Positions 9,721-20,053 of a DNA stretch of 64,000 nt are shown piece by piece. The DNA comes from Gammaproteobacteria bacterium (GTDB lineage: Bacteria > Pseudomonadota > Gammaproteobacteria > Magnimaribacterales > AG-339-G14): positions 43,041 through 107,040 of the forward strand of contig SGZL01000001.1 in the NCBI GenBank assembly GCA_004213955.1. The letters are read 5' to 3'. Below the pieces are notes generated by a model. The model did not search any database and was not told where the DNA came from. It was given only the letters and a program-made list of their open reading frames with translations. A program made the position numbers and the translations under genes. Position 1 is the stretch's first letter. Each line of letters begins with the position of its first letter.

Positions 9721-12462
9721 TTATACTTTTTTTAATACCTTAATATGTTTTTTAGTTTCAGAAATTTTAGTTTTTATTTCTTTCATTTGCATTCTTCTTT
9801 CTTTAATAAGTGATTTTGGCGCATTACTTAGGAATTTTTTATTTTTTAATTGTTTTTGCAAAGATTCAAACTGTACATCCATTTTTTTTGATTTTTCTAA
9901 ATTTCTTTTAATTTCTTCATTTGAATTTATAAGACCTTTTAAAGGAATAAATAGTTTATCGTCTGTTACAAGAATTATAGAAGATGGAGGAGGGCTTGAT
10001 TCATAAATAATATTATTAACACCTCCAAGCCTTTCAAGATATAACTTATATTGATTTAAAGTTTTAAAAGTTTTGTTTTTGCTATCTAAACATAAATCTA
10101 TTTTAACTTTTGGAGATAATTTCATCTCAGCTCTAAAGTTTCTAATACCTACTATTGCAGATTTTATCAGCTCTATTTCTTTAAAAGATTTTTCTGAATT
10201 TATTATTTTTGGAAAGTTTCTTTGGGAAATGCTTTTTTTATTAAACTTATGATATTTTTTGGATTGTTGCCAAATTTCTTCAGTTATGAAAGGTATTATC
10301 GGATGTAAAGCTATTAAAATTGATTCCAGAGATGTTACTAGCGAATTTAAAATTGACCCTTTATCTTTGACTGTTAAATTCTCGCTTTGCAATCTAATTT
10401 TACAGAACTCGATGTACCAATCGCAGTAAATATCCCAAACAAACTCGTAAATAACCTTTGTTGCAAGATCAAATCTATAATTTTCTAAATGAAGGCAATA
10501 TTCTTTCAGAGTTTTATTAAGTTCGTTAAGTAACCATAAATCTTCACTCGATCTCGAAGCGCCTTTCCCAATTTTCTTTTCGTTGCATTGCAATAAAATA
10601 AATCTCGAAGCATTCCATAATTTATTGCAAAAATTTCTATATCCCTCAACTCTTTTTAAATCAAAATTTATGTCTCGACTTCCCGAAGCAAGAGAACAAA
10701 AAGTAAACCTTACAGCATCGGCTCCATAGGGAGAGATTCCATCAGGATATTCTAAAGCCGTCTTATTCGTAATTTTTTGTTTTTGTTTTGGATTTATTAA
10801 GTTTGAAGTTCTTTTGTCTATTAAAGTTTTTAAGTCAATTCCATCAATAATATCTATTGGATCGATTATATTCCCTTTTGACTTTGACATTTTTTCACCT
10901 TCGCCGTCTCTTACTAGTCCATGAATATAGACCTCTTTAAAGGGAACTTCCTTTAGAAATTTATGCGATATCATTATCATTCTTGCAACCCAAAAGAAAA
11001 TTATGTCGAATCCTGTAACTAATACTGAAGTAGGATGGAATTTCTTTAGAAATTTTGTTTTTTTAGGCCAACCAAGCGTCACAAATGTCCAAAGTTGAGA
11101 AGAAAACCAAGTATCTAATACATCTTCATCTCTTGCTAACTTTAGGGTGTTTTTGAGTTTATATTTTTTTCTTACTATTTCTTCAGTCGCGCCTACATAG
11201 ACATTGTCGCTTTCATCATACCAAGCTGGAATTCTGTGTCCCCACCACAACTGACGAGAAATACACCAGTCTCTTATATCATTCATCCAAGAAAAATAAG
11301 TCTTTTCCCAATTAGCGGGAACAAATTTTACTTTTCTTGTTTTTACCAATTTTATTGCATCCTCAGCAAGTTCTCTAGATTTTAAATACCATTGCTTGGT
11401 TAGCATCGGTTCTAAAATTTCTCCAGTCCTTTCACTTCTTGGTACATTATGTTTATGTTCGAGTTCTTTGATGAGAGCTCCACTTTTTTGTAAATCCTCC
11501 AATAATATTTTTCTTGCATCTACAACAGAAAGATTTTGATACTTTTTGGGAACATTTTCATTCAGAAGACCATTTTTATTTAAGATATTTATTATTGGTA
11601 AATTATGCTTTTTACCAATTTCGAAATCATTGAAATCATGTGCTGGAGTAATTTTTAAACAACCTGTGCCAAAACTTTCATCTACGTAATTGTCTCCAAT
11701 AACTTTGATTGACCTTTCACAAAAAGGAACTTCAAATTCTTCGCCTATAAGATTTTTATATTTTTTATCGTTTGGATTTACTGCTATAGCAACATCACCA
11801 AACATTGTTTCAGGTCGGGTTGTTGCTACTACAATAGATTTATTTTTATCGCTATTTTTATAAGCTATATGCCAAATTTTTGAATTTTCTTCTTTTGATA
11901 AAAGCTCTAAATCAGAGATTGCAGTTTGCAAACTCACATCCCAATTTACTAACCTATAGCCTCTATATATCAAATCTTCTTCGTAAAGCGAGCAGAATAT
12001 TTCAGTTACAGCATCACTGAAATCATTATCCATAGTAAATTTTTCTCTACTCCAATCTAATGAAGCCCCCATTCTTTTTAATTGCGAAGAGATAATATTT
12101 CCTGAGCTTGATTTCCATTTCCAAATCTCTTTCTCAAATTTATTTCTACCAATTTTTTCTCTAGATAGTCCTTTATGTTCAAGATTCCTCTCAACAACAA
12201 GTTGAGTCGCGATCCCAGCATGATCGGTTCCCGGCTGCCAGAGAACCTCAAAGCCTTTCAATCTTTTATACCTTGCCAGAGTATCCATTAATGTATTTTG
12301 GAATCCATGACCCATATGAAGATTTCCTGTCACATTTGGCGGAGGAATCATTATGCTATAAGGTTTTTTGTTAGATGAAGCATTAGACCTAAAAAGGTTA
12401 TTTTTTTCCCAAAAGGCGTACCATTTTTTTTCTATTTTTTTTGGCTCAAATATTTTTTTCAT
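9721..12462 (-). CDS. valS: valine--tRNA ligase (start placed at ATG 12462)
   Basis: PPPNVTGNLHMGH (HIGH), KMSKS, WCISRQLWWGHRIP, C-terminal coiled coil; pepA-holC-valS order. Confidence 0.97.
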   Translation of the reverse strand: MKKIFEPKKIEKKWYAFWEKNNLFRSNASSNKKPYSIMIPPPNVTGNLHMGHGFQNTLMDTLARYKRLKGFEVLWQPGTDHAGIATQLVVERNLEHKGLSREKIGRNKFEKEIWKWKSSSGNIISSQLKRMGASLDWSREKFTMDNDFSDAVTEIFCSLYEEDLIYRGYRLVNWDVSLQTAISDLELLSKEENSKIWHIAYKNSDKNKSIVVATTRPETMFGDVAIAVNPNDKKYKNLIGEEFEVPFCERSIKVIGDNYVDESFGTGCLKITPAHDFNDFEIGKKHNLPIINILNKNGLLNENVPKKYQNLSVVDARKILLEDLQKSGALIKELEHKHNVPRSERTGEILEPMLTKQWYLKSRELAEDAIKLVKTRKVKFVPANWEKTYFSWMNDIRDWCISRQLWWGHRIPAWYDESDNVYVGATEEIVRKKYKLKNTLKLARDEDVLDTWFSSQLWTFVTLGWPKKTKFLKKFHPTSVLVTGFDIIFFWVARMIMISHKFLKEVPFKEVYIHGLVRDGEGEKMSKSKGNIIDPIDIIDGIDLKTLIDKRTSNLINPKQKQKITNKTALEYPDGISPYGADAVRFTFCSLASGSRDINFDLKRVEGYRNFCNKLWNASRFILLQCNEKKIGKGASRSSEDLWLLNELNKTLKEYCLHLENYRFDLATKVIYEFVWDIYCDWYIEFCKIRLQSENLTVKDKGSILNSLVTSLESILIALHPIIPFITEEIWQQSKKYHKFNKKSISQRNFPKIINSEKSFKEIELIKSAIVGIRNFRAEMKLSPKVKIDLCLDSKNKTFKTLNQYKLYLERLGGVNNIIYESSPPPSSIILVTDDKLFIPLKGLINSNEEIKRNLEKSKKMDVQFESLQKQLKNKKFLSNAPKSLIKERRMQMKEIKTKISETKKHIKVLKKV

Positions 12463-12907
12463 TTTCTTCAATAAACTCTGGTTTGAGTCCATCTCCTAGG
12501 CATTTTTTGTAGCTTTCTCTTGCTGTGTTTTGAAAGGTTGAGTTATCTGTGATGACAATCTGATAAGTTTTCTTAAAATCACAGTAATTAGATGGTATTT
12601 GAGGATTAAGATTTATTAGATAAAAGAAATCTTCTTCATTTTTTAAACCGGGGTAAGAAATAAGAACATTACAATTTTTTGAATTTTTTTCCGTTGTTAT
12701 TTTGTGAGGAATATATATATCTTCTGGAAAACCCCATAATCTTTCGTTTAGAATTGAGGCCTGTTCCGCATCATTGCATCTTATATTAATTTTTTTTGAG
12801 TCAATTGCTGACAAATCTTCATAAGTGATTCTTCCAGTTAGCTTACAAACAAAATCGATAGCTTTTTCTTCTGTATCTCCAGCTTTTAAAAAGCTTACAG
12901 TACTCAT
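12446..12907 (-). CDS. holC: DNA polymerase III chi subunit, divergent
   Basis: Between pepA and valS; LNERLWGF..YIPH motif; LINL. Confidence 0.8.
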   Translation of the reverse strand: MSTVSFLKAGDTEEKAIDFVCKLTGRITYEDLSAIDSKKINIRCNDAEQASILNERLWGFPEDIYIPHKITTEKNSKNCNVLISYPGLKNEEDFFYLINLNPQIPSNYCDFKKTYQIVITDNSTFQNTARESYKKCLGDGLKPEFIEENEKNI

Positions 12908-12911
12908 ATAT

Positions 12912-14420
12912 TTATTTTCTAGACAATAAATATTCCGTAAGAAGAGGAACAGGTCTTCCGCTAGAGGTTTTTCCTACTCGCCCTCCATAAGCGGTACCAG
13001 CAATATCTAGATGAGCCCATTTGTAAGTTTTTGTAAAACGTGAAAGAAAACATGCAGCTGTTATTGTTCCAGCTCTTCCACCAATATTAGCAATATCAGC
13101 GTATTTGCTGTTTATATCACTTTGATATTCATCCCATAATGGAAGCTGCCATGCTTTATCGCAACTTGAAAAACCACTTTCCATAATATTGTCAGCTAAT
13201 CCTTGGTCATTTGATAGAAGCCCTGTTGCTTGGTGACCTAAGGCAACAACACACGCTCCTGTTAAAGTTGCAATATCGATTACACTAGCCGGCTTGAATC
13301 TTTCTACGTAAGTTAATGCATCACAAAGAACCAATCTTCCCTCAGCATCTGTATTTAAAATTTCTACTGTTTGACCAGATAAAGTATTGACTACATCACC
13401 TGGTTTGGTGGCTGTACTACTAGGCATATTTTCTGCTGAAGCAACGATTCCAATGATATTTAATTTCGGCTTTATTTCACCAATAGCTCTCATTGTTCCA
13501 AATACACTTGCTGAACCAGACATGTCATATTTCATTTCATCCATATTTGGACTTGGTTTTATGCTGATACCACCCGTATCAAAAGTGATTCCTTTTCCAA
13601 CTATAACGTGTGGTCTAGATTTTTTTTCTGCTCCAGAATACTGCATGATGATAAATTTAGATTCCTGAGCACTTCCATTACCTACAGAGAGAAGACAATC
13701 CATACCAAGTTTCTTCATCTCCTTTTCGCCCAAAACTTTTGTTTTTATTGAAGAATACGTTTTTGACAATAATTTAGCTTGATTAGCAAGATGAGTTGGA
13801 GTGCATATATTTGCTGGAGTGTTAGCTAGATTCTTAGAAGTATTCATTCCTGCTCCAACTATTTGGCCTATTTTTATGGATGAAATAATTTTTGTTTTAG
13901 ACACGTCTCCTTCTAAATTTAGAAAATTCACTTTTCTTAACTTATATTTTGGCTGCTTTTTTTTGCCATCAAAAAAATATTGATAACAGCCAGACTCTAT
14001 ATCTCTAGTAAGAATTTTATACACCCATGATGCATTTTTTGACTTAACTTTTATTTCGGGAAGGAAGATATCTAAATTTTGTGAATTAGCAGAGATGGTA
14101 ATTTTTGATAGTGCATTACTTAAATTTGAAAATTCGTCTTCGTTAAGTTCCTTATTTTTTTTACCTAGACCAATAAAATAAACTTTGTTAGCTTTGAAAC
14201 CAGTCAATTCAGGAAGATAAAGTTGATTCTTTAATCCGCCTGTTAATTCTTGCCTATTAAGTAATTTTTTAATTGAGCCTGACGACGCGGCGTTTAAAAC
14301 TTTTGTAATATCATTTAATTTTTTATCCTCATTTATACCAATCACCAAACACTCAGAGTTAAGATTTTGCAAAGAGTTAATTTTTTTTTCATTTGTAGTT
14401 ATTGAAATTAGTTTTTTCAT
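12912..14420 (-). CDS. pepA: leucyl aminopeptidase (M17)
   Basis: GKGITFDTGG, MKYDMSG, NTDAEGRLVL, HLDIAGT. Confidence 0.96.
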   Translation of the reverse strand: MKKLISITTNEKKINSLQNLNSECLVIGINEDKKLNDITKVLNAASSGSIKKLLNRQELTGGLKNQLYLPELTGFKANKVYFIGLGKKNKELNEDEFSNLSNALSKITISANSQNLDIFLPEIKVKSKNASWVYKILTRDIESGCYQYFFDGKKKQPKYKLRKVNFLNLEGDVSKTKIISSIKIGQIVGAGMNTSKNLANTPANICTPTHLANQAKLLSKTYSSIKTKVLGEKEMKKLGMDCLLSVGNGSAQESKFIIMQYSGAEKKSRPHVIVGKGITFDTGGISIKPSPNMDEMKYDMSGSASVFGTMRAIGEIKPKLNIIGIVASAENMPSSTATKPGDVVNTLSGQTVEILNTDAEGRLVLCDALTYVERFKPASVIDIATLTGACVVALGHQATGLLSNDQGLADNIMESGFSSCDKAWQLPLWDEYQSDINSKYADIANIGGRAGTITAACFLSRFTKTYKWAHLDIAGTAYGGRVGKTSSGRPVPLLTEYLLSRK

Positions 14421-14477
14421 TTTTGCTCCAATCTAAATTTGTTAGATAATACTTAATATGTTCATTGAAAAACTATT

Positions 14478-15632
14478 ATGCCAAAAATAATATCTTTTTA
14501 TATATTAAACCAAGTGTTAAAAACGTTACTTATAACTTTTATTATTTTATTTGGAATATTATTCTTTAATCAGTCAATTGATTTTTTAGAAAAAGCTTCA
14601 AATGGAGAGTTGTATCCAAGCCTTGTAAGTTTAGTTTTAATTTTCTCTGTACCTTCTATATTAGAAGTTGTGATACCAGCTTCAGTATTTATTGGTACTT
14701 TGATCTCAATATACAATTTAAAAAAAACCAATGAAATAACTTTTGCAAGTCAAGCCGGTTTAAGTAATTTAAAATTAATTTATCTATCATTAATACCCTC
14801 AGCGGTTATTTCTATTTTTTTAATTTTTAACTCTTTTTTTATTTCTCCTTCTTCAAATGAACGTTTAAGCTTTCTTTCAAATTCTCAATCTTTTGCAGAT
14901 AATTTTAAATTGATGGGAGAAGGAAAGGTAAATCAAATCAAAGAACTAAATGGAGTTTTTTATGCTGAAGGGGCATCAGATTTAGGATTTCAAAATATTT
15001 TTGCAAAAATTGAATCTGACGATCTCAATTACATTTTGAATTCTGATGAAGTTACCGCCAGTTCTTCGGATGACTCTTACAATCAAATTATATTTGAGCA
15101 AGGAGAATTGGTTATTCCCTTAGAAAAGAACGATTTATTTTTAAACTTTCAAAGTTTAATTTTTTTATTTCCTAAAAATCAAGTTATTGTAAACGAAGAT
15201 ATAAAAACCAAAAATTGGTATGAATTAATAAATAAAGTTGATTCAAAATTTTATCTCTCTGAGATATTTGAAAGAATTTCCTTGAGTTTAATGTTGATAG
15301 TTTCTGTTTTAATAGCTGTTCCTTTAAGCTTAAAAATGCATGAAAGCGGAAGATTTTTATTAATTTTTTCTGGCCTAGTTATTTTTTTGTCATATTATGG
15401 ATTAGTAATTGGACAAAAAGTTTTTGTTGAAGAGGGCATTTTAAGCCCCATTCAGATTTTTTTAATCATTCATGGAGTTTACTTAAGCCTGGGACTCTCG
15501 CTTTTTGGTTTGAATAATTACGTATTAGATATAAATTCGATTGTGGCTAGAAAATATTCGAAAAAGTGGTTTATTCAACTTTCTTTTTTCTTTTTTTTAG
15601 TTATTTTATTTTTTAATTTTATATTTTTATAA
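14478..15632 (+). CDS. lptF: LPS export ABC permease LptF, divergent
   Basis: Divergent from pepA; 3 TM + periplasmic domain + TMs; NEI...QAGLS motif. Confidence 0.75.
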   Translation: MPKIISFYILNQVLKTLLITFIILFGILFFNQSIDFLEKASNGELYPSLVSLVLIFSVPSILEVVIPASVFIGTLISIYNLKKTNEITFASQAGLSNLKLIYLSLIPSAVISIFLIFNSFFISPSSNERLSFLSNSQSFADNFKLMGEGKVNQIKELNGVFYAEGASDLGFQNIFAKIESDDLNYILNSDEVTASSSDDSYNQIIFEQGELVIPLEKNDLFLNFQSLIFLFPKNQVIVNEDIKTKNWYELINKVDSKFYLSEIFERISLSLMLIVSVLIAVPLSLKMHESGRFLLIFSGLVIFLSYYGLVIGQKVFVEEGILSPIQIFLIIHGVYLSLGLSLFGLNNYVLDINSIVARKYSKKWFIQLSFFFFLVILFFNFIFL

Positions 15633-15641
15633 AACTTTGAT

Positions 15642-16664
15642 ATGAATGTAATTTTTGGAGATACGATTGATAAGTTTTTTTTCAAAGAATCTTTGAAAAT
15701 TCTTTTTTTTGTATCTTTTTTAATATTTTCATTAGATCTTCTTTTAAATTTAGTAAAAGAATTAGAGGATTTAAGTATAAATTATTCATTTTTAGAAATT
15801 CTTCAATATATTTTTTATATTTCTCTGAGTCGACTTTGTGAGATCTTACCATTATGTGCCGTTATCTCTGCAATTTTGACTTTTGGCTTTTTGAGTGATT
15901 CTGGCGAATTAATTGCTGCTCAAATACTAGGTAAATCTATGTTGGCTAATATTTTAAACATTCTGAAACCAATAATTATTTTCTTAATATTTACTTTGTT
16001 AAGTTTTGAATTAATTACTCCAAAATTAGAAATTTTAGCTAAAAATATTAAATTTAAAGACCAAGAGTTAGCTATTAAATCAGACTGGTTGCAAAAAAAT
16101 AATGTTCTAGCTAATTATTCTTTTCTAGATAACTCTGGATCCGATATTAAACTTTATTATCTCAATGAAGAAAAAAGGTTACAGTCTATAGTTGAAGCTA
16201 AATCATTCGAAATACAAGAAGATAAATGGCAGTTAAATGAAGCTTTCGACTCAATAAAAAAAGAAAATTATTCTGTATTTTATTGGGAGGAGGGTCCTAA
16301 TGTAGGAATTAATGAAGATCTAGGAATTAAAGAACTTCCCTTATCTCAAGTTTATAAAATTCTTACTCAAACAGGACCAGAAAGAGAGAAAAAAAAGATA
16401 TCTTACGAGTTTTGGAAAAAATTATTAGAGCCATTTTCGGCGGTCTCCATAATTATTTTGTCCATCGCGTTATCCATTCTATTTTTTGAAAAGAATAAAA
16501 ACCTAGAAAGGCTTTTGTTTGGAGCATTGATGGCATTTGGTTTCAATTTAATTTTAAAAATTCTAGGAAATATAGCAATAATTAATAACATATCTCCTGG
16601 GCTAGCAATATTACTTCCTTCTTTGATAGTGGGCTTCCTTGGCTTAAGGTTATTAAAAGCTTAA
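15642..16664 (+). CDS. lptG: LPS export ABC permease LptG, divergent
   Basis: Follows lptF; SGELIA motif, FWKKLLEP; same topology. Confidence 0.75.
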   Translation: MNVIFGDTIDKFFFKESLKILFFVSFLIFSLDLLLNLVKELEDLSINYSFLEILQYIFYISLSRLCEILPLCAVISAILTFGFLSDSGELIAAQILGKSMLANILNILKPIIIFLIFTLLSFELITPKLEILAKNIKFKDQELAIKSDWLQKNNVLANYSFLDNSGSDIKLYYLNEEKRLQSIVEAKSFEIQEDKWQLNEAFDSIKKENYSVFYWEEGPNVGINEDLGIKELPLSQVYKILTQTGPEREKKKISYEFWKKLLEPFSAVSIIILSIALSILFFEKNKNLERLLFGALMAFGFNLILKILGNIAIINNISPGLAILLPSLIVGFLGLRLLKA

Positions 16665-17107
16665 TCAGATCTAATTACCTTGGTTTTTGACCAAATATCA
16701 TTTAAAGATTTTTTTTCTCTATTGAAAAAAATATATAAATAATTAATTCCAAAAAAAATATTGAATAAAAATCCAAAAAAACATCTTTTTAATAAATCTC
16801 CAGTAGTAAGTTTTTCATTTGTTTCTCCTACTACTTTTATCTTCCAAACTTGCATTCCTAAAGTTTGCCCATTATTTACTTTCCAGAAGTAAGTAAAGAA
16901 TAAGAATCCTATAAACAAATAAGAGATTTGTAAGAATAATCTTTCTGAGGGAGTTTCAAATGATTTATCAAATAGAAAAGTAATAATTAAAAGAAACCCT
17001 ATAATTATTCCAGTTATAAGTAGGCTATCGTAAAAAAGGGCTAAGATTCTCCTCCAAAATCCAGCTGATATATTTATTTTTTGCTTCTCAAAATCCTCAG
17101 TTGTCAT
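16661..17107 (-). CDS. RDD family membrane protein
   Basis: AGFWRRILALFYD, GQTLGMQVWKIKV, SLNDIWSKT; convergent after lptG as in many gammaproteobacteria. Confidence 0.85.
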   Translation of the reverse strand: MTTEDFEKQKINISAGFWRRILALFYDSLLITGIIIGFLLIITFLFDKSFETPSERLFLQISYLFIGFLFFTYFWKVNNGQTLGMQVWKIKVVGETNEKLTTGDLLKRCFFGFLFNIFFGINYLYIFFNREKKSLNDIWSKTKVIRSD

Positions 17108-17990
17108 GAAGATCTTCATTGAGTTTATTTACATTTAAGTTCTTTTTGCATTGAATGGCGCCAGTCAACGAATTTCTGATAAATAAAAGATCAGTCTTAT
17201 TGGACAATTCCTTAGCTTTTAGTGATTCGACTATTTTTCCAGTTTCGTCGAGCATTTCTATCTTAGCGCCACTTGTAAGGTAAAGTCCTGCCTCGATAGT
17301 ACATCGATCCCCAAGAGGAATTCCTAGTCCAGAATTTGCACCTAATAGACAGTTTTTCCCTATTGATATTTTTATGTTATTGCCTCCCGAGAGAGTGCCC
17401 ATGGTAGACGCACCTCCTCCAATATCAGAATTTTCATCAACAACGACACCTTGCGAAATTCTTCCTTCTACCATCGCCTCACCTAAAGTACCTGCATTAA
17501 AATTTACAAATCCTTCGTGCATCACAGTGGTACCAGCTCCTAAATATGCGCCTAATCTAACCCTGCTAGCATCAGCAATTCTGACATCAATAAGTGATAC
17601 ATAATCTAGAAGAGAGGGAAATTTATCTAAAGAAAAAACTTTTATAGGTGAGCCTTTAATTTTGTTTTCATTTATTTTCCCTGCAAGTTCTTCAACATCA
17701 ACTGGACCAATGGATGTCCAAGCAACATTAGGAAGAATTCCGAATATCCCATCTAAATTTGTTTCGTTTGGTTTTATCAATCTTAACGAAATCAAGTGAA
17801 GTTTTAGATATGCCTCTGGAACAGAGGACGGAGGAATGTCATCTGATACTTTTACTAACTTATGCTCTGGAGTTTCTTTTAAATTAGTTTCGGATGAAGA
17901 AATATTGTCAGGGTGAAAGTACATATCAAGGTACTTACCCTTTTTATTTTTTTTGCCTATTCCTAATGCAAACCAATTTTTATTTGTCAT
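17097..17990 (-). CDS. dapD: 2,3,4,5-tetrahydropyridine-2,6-dicarboxylate N-succinyltransferase (Pseudomonas/actinobacterial type)
   Basis: YLKLHLIS, RIADASRVRLGAYLG, TVMHEGFVNFNAGT, VEGRISQGV, TMGTLSGG. Confidence 0.93.
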   Translation of the reverse strand: MTNKNWFALGIGKKNKKGKYLDMYFHPDNISSSETNLKETPEHKLVKVSDDIPPSSVPEAYLKLHLISLRLIKPNETNLDGIFGILPNVAWTSIGPVDVEELAGKINENKIKGSPIKVFSLDKFPSLLDYVSLIDVRIADASRVRLGAYLGAGTTVMHEGFVNFNAGTLGEAMVEGRISQGVVVDENSDIGGGASTMGTLSGGNNIKISIGKNCLLGANSGLGIPLGDRCTIEAGLYLTSGAKIEMLDETGKIVESLKAKELSNKTDLLFIRNSLTGAIQCKKNLNVNKLNEDLHDN

Positions 17991-17992
17991 AT

Positions 17993-19159
17993 TTATAAAA
18001 TATCAGAAATTTTTTCTAAAGCTTCTTTAACGATTTTCTTGTTATGAACTAATGCAATTCTTACATAGTTTTCTGCGGGATTCTTTCCATTTTTCGATAC
18101 AGCAAGATATTTACCAGGAAGAGTAACAATATTTTTTTGTTTATAAAGTCTTTTTGAAAATTTTTCTCCATTTTCAGTTTTTAACCACATATAAAAAGCT
18201 CCATCTGGTTCCTTGTAGTCAAGAATTTTATTAGCCAAGGAGAAATTTTCGTTATAAAAACTTCTATTATCTTTAACAAACTTTTCGTCTCGCCAAGCTT
18301 CACTGCTAGCTATTTGAATTGGAATCGGAATACTTACCCCATGAAAAGATCTATACTTTTTGAAATTTTTGATAAGATTTTTGTCTCCACAAATCATTCC
18401 AGATCTGAATCCAGGCAAGTTAGATCTCTTCGATAAACTATGTAGAGATAATATATTCTTAAAATTTCCATATTTTTTAAATGAAATTTCTATGAGACTT
18501 TTAGGAGGATTCTGACGATAAATATCAACGTAACATTCGTCACTAACGATGTAGAAACCATATTTTCTTGAAAGTTTTATGACTTTTAAAATCTCGCTTT
18601 CGCTCATTACACTTCCTGTAGGGTTTGATGGAGAGCAAAGAACAAGAATTTGACATTTTCTCCAAATGTCTGATTTTATTGAATCTAGGTCAAGAGAAAA
18701 ATTTTTTGTATCAATCAAATTGATATGTTTTGAAACTCCTCCAGCTAAAAGAGTAGCTCCCCCATAAATTTGGTAAAAAGGGTTAGGCATTAAAACATAA
18801 GGTCTTTCGGATTTATTTTCTCTATTAAATAAAGATTGAATTACCGAAAACGTGCCTTCTCGTGTGCCTCCCAAGTTAAGAATATTTTCTTCTGTTACAT
18901 CTTTTATGCCAAATCTTTTATTTAAATAATGTTTATAGGCAGAATTTAAATCATGAATGCTATCCATAGGAGGGTATTGTGAAAAAAGTTTTTTATTCTT
19001 AGTGAGAATTTTTAAAACTTCAGCGCTAGAATTTTTTTGTGGTTCTCCTATAGATAAATTAATAAATGGATTGCCCTTTTTATTTGGCGATACTGCCGAA
19101 AGCAACTTTCTTAACTTATCAAATGGATAGGAATTTATTTCAGATATCAGGTGATTCAT
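17993..19159 (-). CDS. dapC: succinyldiaminopimelate aminotransferase (PLP class I)
   Basis: YPFDKL, LSIGEP, PNPFYQIY, SDECY, SLSKRSNLPGFRSG; adjacent to dapD. Confidence 0.88.
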   Translation of the reverse strand: MNHLISEINSYPFDKLRKLLSAVSPNKKGNPFINLSIGEPQKNSSAEVLKILTKNKKLFSQYPPMDSIHDLNSAYKHYLNKRFGIKDVTEENILNLGGTREGTFSVIQSLFNRENKSERPYVLMPNPFYQIYGGATLLAGGVSKHINLIDTKNFSLDLDSIKSDIWRKCQILVLCSPSNPTGSVMSESEILKVIKLSRKYGFYIVSDECYVDIYRQNPPKSLIEISFKKYGNFKNILSLHSLSKRSNLPGFRSGMICGDKNLIKNFKKYRSFHGVSIPIPIQIASSEAWRDEKFVKDNRSFYNENFSLANKILDYKEPDGAFYMWLKTENGEKFSKRLYKQKNIVTLPGKYLAVSKNGKNPAENYVRIALVHNKKIVKEALEKISDIL

Positions 19160-19923
19160 ACCAAAGATTCTTCTTGTCTTAATGTAAGAACTTCATATCC
19201 AGAATTAGTTACCAAAATGGTATGCTCCCACTGGGCCGATAATCTTCCATCGATTGTTTCGACCGTCCAACCATCTTTTTTTGATAATTTAGTTTTATAA
19301 CTTCCAATATTTATCATAGGCTCGATTGTAAAACACATGCCTTCTTTTAAGGTTAATCCGGTATTTGGAATTCCATAATGTAGAACTTGAGGGTCTTCAT
19401 GAAAAACTCTTCCAATTCCATGCCCACAGTAATCTCTAACTACTGAGTAATGGTATTTCTCAGCTATTGATTGAATTGTGTAACCTATATCACCAAGTCT
19501 CGCACCAGGCTTCACAATTTTAATTGCTTCGTACATACACTTTTGGGTTACATCTATTAATTTTTTTGCGTGGGGTTTCTCTGAACCTACCATAAACATT
19601 TTACTAGTATCTCCATGAAAACCGTCTTTAATGACAGTTACATCGATATTCAAAATATCTCCATCCTTAAGAATTTTTGATTCACTAGGAATGCCATGAC
19701 AAACCACTTGATTTATAGAAGTACATATTGACTTAGGAAAGCCCTTGTAGTTTAAAGGAGCCGGAATACATTTAAGATCTTCTGTGATGTATCTATGGCA
19801 AATTTCATCTAATTTGCCGGTTGAAACGCCAGGCATTACAAATTCGCTTATCATCTCTAGAGTTTGTGAAGCAAGCTTGCCTGCCTCCCTCATTTTTTGT
19901 ATTTCATCAGAATTTTTTATCAT
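19156..19923 (-). CDS. map: methionine aminopeptidase
   Basis: CTSINQVVCHGIP, NIDVT, HGDTS, CGHGIG, FTIEPM, SAQWEHT. Confidence 0.97.
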   Translation of the reverse strand: MIKNSDEIQKMREAGKLASQTLEMISEFVMPGVSTGKLDEICHRYITEDLKCIPAPLNYKGFPKSICTSINQVVCHGIPSESKILKDGDILNIDVTVIKDGFHGDTSKMFMVGSEKPHAKKLIDVTQKCMYEAIKIVKPGARLGDIGYTIQSIAEKYHYSVVRDYCGHGIGRVFHEDPQVLHYGIPNTGLTLKEGMCFTIEPMINIGSYKTKLSKKDGWTVETIDGRLSAQWEHTILVTNSGYEVLTLRQEESLV

Positions 19924-20053
19924 TTTCTTACAGTTAGCCTAGACTAAATGAGTATATTTCATTATAGTCATTTTTTAATGCAATCGGCATTAGTTGTAAT
20001 AATCGCGATAATTAGATTTTCTTCTATTTCGCGATTTTTTTTAATATTTAGCT

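Noticed and set aside
12463-12492. Longer valS start (MDSNQSLLKK)
   Set aside because: Overlaps holC more deeply; ValS homology begins at MKKIFEP
14431-14447. ATCTAA-N5-TTAGAT dyad between pepA and lptF
   Set aside because: A 6-bp AT-rich stem is expected by chance; no further support
19984-20002. Sigma-54-like site (TCGGCATTAGTTGTAAT) upstream of carA as a mini-RpoN target
   Set aside because: It lacks the GG-N10-GC spacing. I found no convincing -24/-12 site in intergenic DNA by eye.
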